Made by a program: the position numbers and the translations under genes
The notes under the pieces: model-generated
What the model was told of the DNA's origin: nothing
Databases searched by the model: none
The model's input: the letters and a program-made list of their open reading frames with translations, nothing else
Part shown: positions 1-11,170 of the stretch, one piece after another
How the letters are laid out: the number at the start of each line of letters is the position of its first letter
Numbering within the stretch: position 1 is the first letter of the stretch
NCBI GenBank assembly: GCA_040954595.2
Contig: CM082577.2
Location: 10,503,846 to 10,567,845 of the forward strand
Source: Balanoglossus misakiensis
Taxonomy: Eukaryota > Animalia > Hemichordata
Length of the DNA: 64,000 nt
Reading direction: 5' to 3'

Positions 1-79
1 CAGTTACTGCGGTAACAATGATCTTGACGGTCGTAGTGATGACGAACACGCTAACACTGCGCGTGGGGTTTTTCAAGAG
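1..79 (+). CDS. Gene 1 internal coding exon (5' end may lie outside the window): SYCGNNDLDGRSDDEHANTARGVFQE
   Basis: The frame starting at nt 2 is open with a strong RNY codon pattern. It ends in phase 0 at GAG|gtattc (gt 80-81), compatible with the phase-0 exon at 1537. Confidence 0.65.
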
Positions 80-238
80 GTATTCTTTTGTGTTTTTGCA
101 AGAACTATATGTCGCACATTTCAACAGTAGCCCCTTTTTCTGGCATTGGTTTTGTCGTCTTCTCCATCTCTACCATTCGCAAAATACACATACGAACATC
201 TACATGTATGTACTATGTGAATGGTTCCGAAACAAATA

Positions 239-448
239 CTGTAAAACGGGTTATTTTCGCGAGCAATAAATTTTCGCGAAATACGCGAGAGCCAACAAAA
301 CGTGAAAATAAAAAGTCGCGTAAAAATGTTTTACGGAGATAACGATGCAGTTAGTGAAATACGAGAACGCGAAAATTAATCCTCGCGTAACAGTTGCATC
401 TTTTGATATCGCGAAAATTTCCTGTCTTGAAAATAACCCGTTTTACAG
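239..448. mobile_element. 210-bp MITE with 20-bp terminal inverted repeats (Tc1/mariner-like TA target)
   Basis: CTGTAAAACGGGTTATTTTC (239-258) is the exact reverse complement of GAAAATAACCCGTTTTACAG (429-448). Flanks are TA (237-238) and TG (449-450). The interior has repeated CGCGAAAAT-like motifs, is CpG-rich relative to the intron and has no ORF. Confidence 0.85.
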
Positions 449-1536
449 TGTAAGCCTGGTTTTTCCTTGCTGTGAAAGTCTGACAGTTCCTCAGTTCAGC
501 ACATATCCCTTTGTGAACTTTCAAGCGATCTGTGAGTGTCAGGTTAACAGTACTGCACAACACACTTGTGAAAGTGTTCCAGTATTGAGCAGTTGTTTGT
601 TAAAATTTTTACCGTCCAAATTATTTATCCCAAAAATGTTGAATTACCAGCTAACTGAGGTGTCATTGTACTCCCAAAGATAATTGTTTTTATTGAATTC
701 TTGTACAGATTTGAAACCTGGCATAATGTATTTAACGGGACAAAGTCGTTCAATTTGAATCATTTAATTTGTGGTCAACCCCAAAAATTGAGTTGTGACA
801 ACCAGTCATTGAACATATTTCAGTGCACAGACGCAAGAAAATAACTGAGTGACTTTGTCCCTTTAATGATACGTTGACATATATTTATCACCCAGCTGGG
901 GAGTGCAATATACTCTCCAAGATTGTTTGCTGTTGTCGCGGTAACCCTCACATGCCATGGAGGTGTGTCTGGCTCTAGGGAAATGCCTCTAACATCAATT
1001 TCACACCCAACTGTCCTGTTTGTACAAGTGCACACATAACAAATTACCACAGTTGGGCAAATACAATAATTGGATTTGATAAAATTACCACAGTTCAAGC
1101 ATCATGTCCACAGAACATTTCTGTGGCAAATACATTTTAGTAAATTTTTGCTTAAAATTTTAAAGACCTAAAATTTCTCACCGCCTACATGAAGCAAACC
1201 TGATATTCTGATACTCTTGGTCGAAATTAATTTTTGAAAGGAATGAAAAAAGGCAGGCAAACAAAGTTTGAATTACCAGTAATTTCAGAACCAGTACAGC
1301 TGTTGAACTTTGACTCAATAAAATGAAATCTCATTGAAGTCGAAATTTCCGTGAGATGCCAAACTGTGGTGAATTGATTTGTAACTTTCATTCTGTTTGC
1401 CCATCGTGTGTGTTTTCAGTTATTGAGATAATTTCTCAGTGTTATGTTGACAAACATTACATAACTCTCAGTTGTATGTGCTCACTTTTTTTTTCCATTT
1501 TATTTGTACAAACTTCATAAACCCCTTGAACCACAG

Positions 1537-1599
1537 TTCACACCACCACCAGTACAGATAAACGTCTACTCCGATGGGTCAGCCGTGACTCCGGACCGA
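1537..1599 (+). CDS. Gene 1 coding exon, 63 nt: FTPPPVQINVYSDGSAVTPDR
   Basis: Acceptor ccacag| follows a T-rich tract and the donor CGA|gtgagt is canonical. Phase 0/0, joining in frame to exons 1-79 and 2199-2379. Confidence 0.75.
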
Positions 1600-1689
1600 G
1601 TGAGTAGAAACAAGGGAGGGTGGGGGTGTTGGCAGAATGCAAATCATATATCTGTACACTGTGTTGTTAACCCTTTCAACCCTTCTCAG

Positions 1690-1761
1690 CATATTGGGCC
1701 ACCCACCCACCATAGGCTGGATCCAAAGTTTGGTGCAGTGATGGAAAGGGTTGAAACCCTG
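1690..1761 (+). CDS. Gene 1 candidate cassette exon, 72 nt: HIGPPTHHRLDPKFGAVMERVETL
   Basis: Branch-like tgttaac and a pyrimidine tract ccttctcag| precede an open frame in phase 0. The donor CTG|gttggt is weak. The exon is symmetric, so it could be skipped. Confidence 0.4.
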
Positions 1762-2198
1762 GTTGGTGTATTTTTGTGTGTGTGTGGTCGTACCACTGAA
1801 TAAATGGGTCTCGGTGTTGCGCTTTATTTCCCTGAAATTCCAATCAATCAATCACTTCCCCTTTAATGACAGGCTGTGTTGGTGTAACCTTTGGCGTTTC
1901 CGTGTCAACAGTGTCAGCTGTTCCGCCACATTGTGTTTTTATACACGCATCCACACTTATTACGTATGCACCATACCGTCGTTGTGTAAAAGTGCTCGTT
2001 TTTTTTCTCTCTCTCCATTTCTCTTCCCATAAATGCAGGTATATTTGGCACTCCTCCAGTTCTGTACTTGCAGCTTTAGAACCCAGCCTTTCCAAAAGTC
2101 TTCAGTGGTCTGAAATTTGACTCTTTCTTTCAGTTGTGATATTCTGTAGAATTTCCTGTGAATTTATTCTCTCTCTCTGGCTTTTTTGTTGTTGACAG

Positions 2199-2379
2199 GG
2201 TGACTACCAGATCGTTGAGATGACGGACGAGACGGTGAAATCGATGCCATATCTGAACGAAAACCGACTGGTCGTCAAGCAGCCTGTCGCTCGTTTCCAC
2301 TCGCTGCCGGACAGCTTCATGTACGAACCCAGGAGTAACCACGTCAACGCTGTCATCGATACCCCCGCACAAAGCCCAG
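2199..2379 (+). CDS. Gene 1 coding exon, 181 nt: GDYQIVEMTDETVKSMPYLNENRLVVKQPVARFHSLPDSFMYEPRSNHVNAVIDTPAQSP
   Basis: Long pyrimidine tract plus gacag| acceptor, GC-rich coding-like composition and a CAG|gtatgt donor. It ends in phase 1, matching the exon at 6664. Confidence 0.88.
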
Positions 2380-3140
2380 GTATGTCGTTCTGCTTTTTTT
2401 CAACTGGATTTGTAGCTATAGCGGTTTCTGCTGGAGAGGAGAATGAAAAAAAAATCATTTGTTTCGTTTGTAAAAGATGGATGGAGAGAGAACTGGATCT
2501 ATCAAGATCATCAAAACGTGTGGACACTGAAATCATGGGGTGAATACGTGTTCGAGTGAAAGGGGGATAAAAATTTAGTGCTAAATTCTCATCGTTTTGC
2601 AACTGTGCTACGGTAGAACTGGAACTTTCAGTTGCTTTCTGAAGCATCTTTTGCTTTTGGCAAACTGATGCGCGCACAACTCGAGGTAGAGCATGTGGGT
2701 CTTGAATTTTCTTCCCTGGAATTGTTCATTGAGCAAACGTAGCCAGAGTGAATGCACTACTGGTACTCATAGATCTCTTTTTCTGCAAAGACACTCGACC
2801 TCTGATGAATGCTTGCCATTCATTCCTAAATGGCTGCTAAAAACATACAGGGTTCCTGTATACGCGGCCATCACTGATGCGTGGCTGGCTTGCTACAGAA
2901 AAAGTCTGTGACCGACCGACTTCCTGAGATATCTTGTGTCGGACCGCAGCTGATTGACAGATGTTATCTGAACGTGTCGTGATGCCGGACAAAGGCAGTG
3001 TCACAGACTCTCTACAGTGTACATCACTCGTAGTGTGCATGATTTGCGGAATGGCTCTGCTTTGTATACCACGGAATTCTTTTTACCAGCACCAAACGGC
3101 AAACTGGCAACATCGTATTTCTTTCATGCCAGCAACGCGT

Positions 3141-4228
3141 TATCTCTAAAATTGTAACAACGTCACAATGTACTAGACAAAGAGGCGTCCCCCCATCCCA
3201 ATTGCGCAGTTGAAGTACGTGCGTGTTGAGAGAGAGACGTGAACAGAAAGGGGTAGGAGACTGACTTGAACACGGACGACGAGAGTTGTTTAGCGTGTCG
3301 AACGCTGCTCTACGAAGCTCGTAGTTACCTACTGACCGGGACATTTGCGCTTGAACGGACTGGGTTCCTCCCGATTGCCGCACGCCGGCGGGTATGAAAG
3401 TGTAGGCTAAGACGTCGATCCACCGGCCGGCTGCACTGTTCCCAACATTACCAGCTCCACGCCACTTTGAGCTGCACCGCGGTCGGATATCCCACCCCGG
3501 CTGCCGGACAGCATATGAAGGTGTCTGAGGCCTTTTCTAGTCAAAACTTTGGGGTTTTCAGAATGGGAAATAGCGGAACAAGAACATGGATATATACTAA
3601 ATCATGAACGCCAAACAAACACGTTGAAAAAGCCAGATCTGAAAAATTCATGTGGCGTCCGCCGCTGGGCGCATTGACGCGTCAACGTTTTTTTCAAACA
3701 ACGTAACCTGTCACGATTGCTGCCACAAACAACAAGTTCGTGCGTAGGTCGAGAAAGTTCTCAAGCGGCCGGGTGATCGCGGCAAGGTTAGCGGCGGCCT
3801 CGCACGCCCGAATTTGCCACAAAACTATCAGTCCACACAGCAATGCCGTTCAAACTCTTCCGTCGTATTTATTTCAACACAAATTCAGAATACAACACGG
3901 CAGTTTGGTACGTCGTCTCTATCCTACACTGCTAATTCTCATCTCAATCTCTAAAAAAGTTCAACAGACGGGATACACTGCCATCCGCGGCACTAGGAAC
4001 GGCAAAATTCACGTCTCTGCTTCACAGGAATCTACCGACCTGAAGTGGGAGGAACCCAGTCCGTTCAAGTACAAATGTCCCGGTAAGAAGGTAACTACGA
4101 GCTTCGTAGAGCAGCGTTCGAGTCGACACGTCTCTCTCAACACGCACGTACTTCAACTGCGCAATAGGGATGGGGGGGGGGCGCCTCTTTGTCTACTAAA
4201 TTGTGACGTTGTTACAATTTTAGAGATA
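3141..4228. mobile_element. ~1.09-kb non-autonomous DNA transposon/foldback element with long TIRs, in a gene 1 intron
   Basis: Arm 3141-3372 (TATCTCTAAAATTGTAACAACGTCACAAT...GGGTTCCTCCC) is the near reverse complement of arm 4047-4228. The left arm carries an extra ~55-nt segment. Flanks ACGCGT (3135-3140) and ACGTGT (4229-4234) may be a 6-bp TSD. No transposase ORF. Confidence 0.85.
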
Positions 4229-4236
4229 ACGTGTCG

Positions 4237-4280
4237 GGCCCCCTCAAAGAAAGCCGGTGGCCCCCTCAAAGAAAGCCGGT
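4237..4280. repeat. Perfect 22-bp tandem duplication GGCCCCCTCAAAGAAAGCCGGT x2
   Basis: Identical copies at 4237-4258 and 4259-4280, next to the right end of the element. Confidence 0.95.
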
Positions 4281-6545
4281 GTTGCTAGTTTGGCATTCGT
4301 TGCTAGTAAAAAGAATTTTGTAGTAATGTATATTGCAACCAGAAGCACTCAACAAGCAACAGAATTGTCTGGCTGTCCCCTACCCCATCAAATACCACCA
4401 ATATCGGTCGACAAGCAACAGTTTCTTTCCATCAAATATTTGCACAGTGTACAGGTCTTTCAATACCCAGTTATTTTTAGCACCGTCTGTTTCCATGTCT
4501 GTCATTATGTAGTCACCTCTATTTTTGTCTCAAAAAATCGAATGCTACAGACCAATCCCTGGCAGTAGCTATATAATAACACTGCAGTTGTCATGCTTGT
4601 AAAGTGAAAGTGGTCTTCATCATAAAAAAAAATATAAACAGAGATGTATGAAAAATTTCATCCTAAAAACATGAGGAAATTCATTAAATGTGTGCATCTT
4701 GTAAATGTTATTCAGACTTACAAATTCCAGTTGGATTCTAATAATATTTGGATTTTTAAATTTTGAAGCGAAATTGAGCATTAAATGTATTTTACTGGCA
4801 TTTATGTATATTTCATGCATTTGTGTATTTTTCTGGTCTAAATTGAAGTAACTTGTCATTTAGGTAATAATTGCTGTGTTCATATACTCCATGATTTGTT
4901 GGTTTATACATTTAATACCAATAGAACCATGACCAGCTGGTTTGTGGGTGGAACGTGTGGTAAAATGACATCATATCTTCTCATGAGCTGCTACTGTGTT
5001 TGTGTGTTATGTCAACACAAATTGTGGTGAGCCTGCAGTGCCCTGATGGCCATCAATTCTTTCAGGTCAAAAGAGTCCTAGGCAAAGTTCGTTACATTCG
5101 TAACAGAAATTATCTAAGCAATGTAAATATGCCACGATAACCTTTCTAGAAGTGAGAGAAAAAAAAATGATGGGTCGGTAGGATTTGTGGACCTGTGAGA
5201 TCGGTGCGATAGAATTTTCTGAGTTGAAGTTTTTTTGTTTTCACCAGCAGAGATCTTGTTTTGTGCAAAACACAATTGCGGTATTCTGCGAAGGGAACAA
5301 TAGGAACTGATCCGTCTGGCCTGCTTGTGTTGTGCTTGTCGAATAAAAGGGTTTCTAATCTTAGAGTATTGATCGGCCTGCAGAGGATGTTTGCGGGGAA
5401 AAAGAATGCTACACTCTCTGCTCCCTGGATTTTGCTGTTCCTTTGTGTTCTTCGTCGTTTTCGTTTTGTCTGCCGTGAAATATTGTTCTCGGCTCGGATT
5501 CAAGAGAGAAAAAAGAAAGTCGGTCGGAGAAGCTTTAAGAACATGCAGACCTTAGAGTGAATTGTTTCTCTGCGTTATCGCGAACTGTGCACTAATAATT
5601 AACCCTTTTTTCCAAGACCCTTTAACCCGGCTCGCTGTGTTATCTGTTGTATAGAAAAATCTTGATTGAGGTGCTTGTGTGTTGTGGGTCAGTGAACAGG
5701 TTTTATTCGAGTTCGACGTCGAATTGGCAGCGCACAGCAAATTCCATAGAGCCCTGAGACGGGCAGACTGCGCGGGGATAATACAGTTCTGTGTCCGGCC
5801 TCAAGGAGCTGATCAATATTTTCAATTGATTTTGATGGGAATTCCTTTCCCACAGCCTCAGTTTCAGAGGGGAGAGCATGTGATGCTGGCAGTCGGGGCT
5901 CAGTACGTGCGTGGACAGCCCTGTGAGGTGCATGTATAGTTGTGCACTTTGTGACTGCGGTATACGCGAGCGGTTTTGAGATGTTAGTGCTGCCTCGGAG
6001 AATCACTTATCCCATATGTGTGTGAAGGAAAGCGCATGTTTTGGTGTTGTCGGTTGTTGGATGCCGAGACACTGACTCGGCGCTGGTTGTTCATATATCT
6101 GGGTGTGCATGCAGAATCACCCGCATACGCTATAAGGGAAATCAAGGGGTGACTGTAGGGACCTCATTTGCAAGGCACTATGTACGTTGCCGTTATTCTG
6201 GACAAAAGCGGAGAGACTTCCCTGTGGCACTGCAGACAAACAGGTAAATTTGGCTGTTGATGGACTACTCGCGCAGGTTTAATGGCTGCAGTGGAACCTT
6301 GGTATCATTTGCCTGGGTGCAGATACTGAGATAACAATCCCCCACCCCCCAAAAAATGTCAAAGATATGGGGATTTGGGCCATCCAAGGATACAATGTAG
6401 GAGGATTGCTATATATTCTACAAAGGGTGAAAATATTGTAAGGGTCATAGGAAAAATTAGATTTTTATTCATGGCTGGGCGAAATTGTTAATGTTATTAC
6501 CTGTAATGTACATGTACAGTATATGGCACTCTGTAGTACAGCTCA

Positions 6546-6577
6546 TGTTTGTTTGTTTATTTATTTATTTATTTATT
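6546..6577. repeat. (TTTG)n/(TTTA)n microsatellite
   Basis: Directly visible. Confidence 0.85.
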
Positions 6578-6663
6578 AGAAGCCTACACAATCTAGTCCC
6601 ATTTATCCACATATAGTCTCACTTTATGGAATAATGTTTCTCTCTCTCGTTCTCTCCTTTCAG

Positions 6664-7637
6664 TCCCAGGGGGTCAGGAAGTACCAACGCCGGATCCTAA
6701 TCTGGACCAAGCTAACGGGAATGTGCCGGAGGACGCGCCCCCTGATGGCCGGGAATCTCTGCCGGAGTTGAAACGAGTCCCACCATCTATGCAGCAGAAC
6801 CTGCAATACTCACCTGGACACTTAGGTGCTAAGCCGGAAATGTTTGAAATGAACCCTCTGTCGAGGACTAACTCGCCAAAGACCCCGCCCTACTCGGGGG
6901 GCGCCGCGGCAACCGTCGCCGCGGCAACCCCGCCCATCACACCTTCGAATATTCCTCCTCAGCCGTTGCAATATGAGCCGCCGCCCTCGTACGACCAGGT
7001 CCAGAACGGGGACGAACTGGTCACGGAGCCGGAGAATCTGGGGCCGGAAGGAGACGAGATTCTCCTGCACGACTGGCTCAGCTCAGGTGATTCCTCGGAA
7101 GAGGAACTGAAACATTTGACGGAGTCGCCAGAGACGCGGGTCCGCCGGCGACCCTCCGCGGGTAGGCCGTCGTCGAACAATGACGAGTGCGGTAGTAGAG
7201 GAGACGGGACGTGCAGTCCCCTGCTAGGGAGGGACATCGACGAGGACACGCGATCGTGTCCGATACACGGCGTGCGGACGCCCCCCAAGTCGCCGAGCGG
7301 GCCGTGCCCGGTCCACGGGAATGTCAGCCCGTTAGAGTTAGACGACACGGATACGAGCGACGACGACGACGAGTTTCCGATCGACCCACAGTGCCCCGTA
7401 CACTCGCCGACCAAAGGTGGCTTCCGTGTGCCATTAATGCTTCCCACAGCGCTGCCAATTCCTGACGACATTCCAGACATGAGCGGGGAATCCGACGGAG
7501 AGGAGGTGGTCTTCTGGGATCCTCTGAAGGCGAGGGGTGACGTTCGCGACGCGAAACCCGGTAACCGGGACAACCTAAACAAAGTTCAAGACATGGACAG
7601 TGATGGAGTTATCTACGCCGGTGCTGATTACGTATAG
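6664..7637 (+). CDS. Gene 1 terminal coding exon (~324 codons): Pro/Ser/Asp/Glu-rich low-complexity tail ending DSDGVIYAGADYV*; likely the cytoplasmic tail of a membrane or signalling protein
   Basis: Strong acceptor tctctcctttcag| with phase-1 entry in frame with ORF 6723-7637. It is the longest ORF in the window, is GC-rich against AT-rich flanks and stops at TAG 7635-7637. Motifs are PPPSYDQV, CPIHG/CPVHG/CPVHS and C-terminal DYV. Family not recognised. Confidence 0.92.
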
Positions 7638-10600
7638 TGCAACATTCAAGAAATTTTTAAAACGGGGGAAAAATGAGAGAAAAAGAAAGAGAAAAAAAAA
7701 TATGTAGTTTCAGCTGAAATGTCTAATTTATTATGCAAAATGCTTGTGAAGTACCCTCCCATGCTCTGGTGAAATCTTACCACCCCTGTCGATCGGTCCC
7801 TGTGAGACAGTCCCTTGTAGAATACAATTAGGCGAAAACCCAATAATGGGGGTGGTCAGTTATAAATAGCATGGGTCAATTCAGGTGAATACTATTTACA
7901 GTTTATACTGACAAAACTAGGTAATAGTGGTGCTGTGCTTGGCTCAAGATCATAGACACCTGATGGATAGAAGAAGAAGAAGAAAAAAGACATTGTCAGT
8001 TTTCTCTAAAGAGACAATTTCTATTCTTACTGCAATCTGTATTACAGAAAAGTGACTTTTTTTACTTTCCTAGCTGTCTTATGATATTTTTGTTTGCCAC
8101 ACTTGTAGCATACAAAAATGGCATTTCTGAAAAAAAAATTATTTAATGATAAAAACAGAACACGAGCGTTTTTTGGTACTCTGTATAATTTCTGTGCCCA
8201 AGTAAATGTTTGGAATTTTTCTTACTTCTGTTTATAAAGTTCTGCATCTTCAGTAAAAAACACTTTTTGAATGATTCTGTGAGTTATGAGTATAAAAGAT
8301 TTTTTTTCTTGGGAATTTTGTGCAATGAGCTGTTTAAGTCTTTTTTTATGAATGTACTAATGGATATAATATTTCTATTTTTATTTCCTCACGTGATATC
8401 AGCATTGGTTTTACAGCAAATTTCTTTTGCATGTTTTACATTCTCTGTCTGATTATTTTTTCCGATATTCTGTTTTAGAGGAGATCTTTGATGTGAAAGA
8501 CCTGTAAAAATTTAAGTGAACTTCAAGATCTGGAGCCAGTATCTTGGATGAATTTTTTTTTATTTACAGAGAAAAAGTATTTGCTCTAGCTGTGGAGTTG
8601 CACAACCTGCAGACGATGATAATATGTTGGTGCTGCCCTGGAATCTGAATATCACAAAATAATATGCCTTGGAACCTGCGTAATAGTGGAAAGATAGCTG
8701 TCGAGGAATCTGAATAAGATACATAAAGTACCTGGGAACCTGTATATGTATTTTAAAGCTTTAAAAAGGTACATTTTGTTTCACAGGATAATGTTTTAGT
8801 ATTCAAATTCCTAGTAGATACCCAAATGTGTGTGTGTGTTTCAAACTCCAATGTTTCCACTCACTATTAAAGGGTCACTGTTCAATTTCTGTTAACACGA
8901 TACAAGTGGACAGAAGTCGACTATAAATAGCGTTTCATTTCATAGATGAGGTCACTTTCTTAAGAAAATACACCCTGTTGAAAAATTGGACAAAAAAAAT
9001 GCAAATTCTGCAATAATGGAGTTTTGCCTCAAAATTCTTGCCCCTCCCCCTCATCATGGTGGAGTTTTACGAACCAAGATTTTACACAAGTTGACTTTCT
9101 TTTTCTCTCCAGTGCTGTAATTTATGCATCCTGATCATTTGCATATCAATTGCAACATAGTTGTACAGTTTTGTGTGACAAACGTGTCTTTTTTTTTAAT
9201 TTATTGTGTGAAAATTGTCTTGTAGTGATGAGTCTATAATACCCACTCATAGTGTCTTGACCTCGAAAGAACCCTTTTCTATTTTTGCAGAGATTTATTT
9301 TTTGTTTTTACGAATTTTATTGTAACTGTACAACAAACCGTATTTCCCCCCCCCTATCAAACAACTTTTTGATATTTAAAACACACACGTAGTCAGAACC
9401 GATTACATGTATTTGTAACTCTCATACATTTTAATTGGGGTCAAAGTTCACGCCAGCAGGAAGCGATTTACATGAGGCAGTATATGTGTGGAGAAACGTT
9501 TTTTTACAAAATGAAAACTTGCAACCATGAAAGAATTACAAACAGCTGGAGCCAGCATTGCGAGCTTTTGTTAAAAGTAGGTCACATTTACTTACACTGG
9601 TGCAAACAGTCAGTTGGAGAAACTAGAGAAGATGTGATTTTTCAAAAAAAAAAAATCATGAAAAATAGGAAAAAATTATGTAAATGCAATTGATGATGTG
9701 CGACACACTTTTTGTAAATTTTGAAGGCGAAAGTCGGTCTCCGTGTTTAATTGTGCTGTTTCTGGCCACAAGAAAACATGCAGTGTTTTTATTTTTTAAA
9801 ACGTATTTCAACATGTGTAGAATTCACACGGTAGTACGACGCTAATGTAGTACGGCATATAATGTGAGGCTTTTAGCGAGGCTTTTTTGCCCTTGGGTTG
9901 TGTGACTGTGTGCAGGATGCTGCTCCTGGGAGAAAAAAACAGACGGCGTCAAGGTCTGAGAACCACTCTAAACAGAATATTCTTTTTTAACCATCACAAG
10001 CAATCTTGCCAGCGTCATTGGTGCACACACTGCTGATTATGACAATCAGCGATAAAACCTTTTTGTCAGATTGCACACCAGTAGTTTTCTTAAACTGTCA
10101 GTTTTCAGTCACTGTTTAAATTTATGCAAACCAAACAATAAATTCTGAGGCTGTTCGTTGCATCTTGTTACAAATGCTGTATTTCAATAACCACCTGCTA
10201 CCCTTGCGACTGTGCCATCAGCTTTGAAAGTGTACTGGGAGATGAGGGAGGTCAAATTTGTCGTTAAAATTGCCCAGAATGATTCTCCTGGCCGTGTCTA
10301 AAATGAGACATGCAAATTGGATCTGAGAGCCTGTCAGCAAGGTGGCCAGAACTGACCTTTATTATTGTTGTCCTATATGAAGTCCCAGTTTTGGCAGCCA
10401 TATTGGATATGGTAATGAGGTATATTGTGAATTTCCAGTTTTGGCAGCCATATTGGATATGGTAATGAGGTACATTGTGAAGTCCCAATATTGGCAGCCA
10501 TATTGGATATGGTAATGAGGTATATTGTGAATTTCCAGTTTTGGCAGCCATATTGGATATGGTAATCATGTATATGAAACTAACCTTAGTGAAAGTCGAT

Positions 10601-11170
10601 GTTTATGCTACGAATATTTCTGTGGACAGTGCATCCTTCTTGATCATGGTAGCTGGTCAAAGATTAAAAAACTGTCAAGAGAAACAATTACTGCATTTTC
10701 TCAAAATAAATAACCAGATGATAGCATTCTATAGTTTGGTTAAGTTGTCAGTTTATGGAAACTGCCAATTTGGTACTACATGTATAAATTTTCCAAAGCC
10801 AAGTTGTAATTTTTTGACGTGCTTGGCTGAAAACTGACATAAAGCTCACCTGTAAAATAATATGATTGCATGTGTGCACAACCAAAAGGCTGATACATTA
10901 GTGTACAATGCTTTTGACTCAGAAAAGATATTTCTCTAGATTAAAAAAGATCCCTTTAGATCCTGACCTTTCACCTGACCTTTGAACTGCTGGCAGTTTG
11001 GTAGATCAACAGCAAAGTAGTTTTTTGAGTATCAATTTTTCTCACATACTCTTGTACACACACAGTGCAGTGATCATAGGGTATATTAGAATCAATTTTT
11101 TTAAAAGAGAGTCCACTTCTGTACAGTGTAAAACTGAATAAAATGAATGCTTTTTATGATAAACTTAAAA
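7638..11170 (+). other. Gene 1 3' UTR (~3.5 kb)
   Basis: AT/T-rich, CpG-poor stretch with no credible ORF, lying between the stop codon and a poly(A) signal. The end point is inferred. Confidence 0.6.
10378..10566. repeat. 50-bp minisatellite, ~3.8 copies
   Basis: TTGGCAGCCATATTGGATATGGTAAT recurs at 10391, 10441, 10491 and 10541. Units alternate between GAAGTCCCA and GAATTTCCA variants. Confidence 0.95.

Noticed and set aside
3-80. Integrin-alpha-like GFFKR after a hydrophobic stretch (ORF 18-269 frame)
   Set aside because: This frame is the shifted shadow of the RNY-patterned frame starting at nt 2. It ends in phase 2 with no compatible downstream exon found, and the segment (MTNTLT) is a poor transmembrane helix.
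3740-4288. 182-aa ORF inside the long-TIR element as a possible transposase
   Set aside because: It has a non-ATG start and no DDE, HTH or zinc-finger motifs, and it runs through the TIR into flanking DNA.
5679-6006. Overlapping 76-105 aa ORFs on both strands in the gene 1 intron
   Set aside because: No recognisable domain, no convincing splice or promoter context, and lengths within chance expectation.
6822-7582. Minus-strand ORFs of 82 and 207 aa
   Set aside because: Antisense shadows of the GC-rich terminal exon of gene 1.
10378-10566. CRISPR-like periodicity
   Set aside because: Units are contiguous near-identical tandem repeats without unique spacers, the context is eukaryotic, and there are no cas genes.
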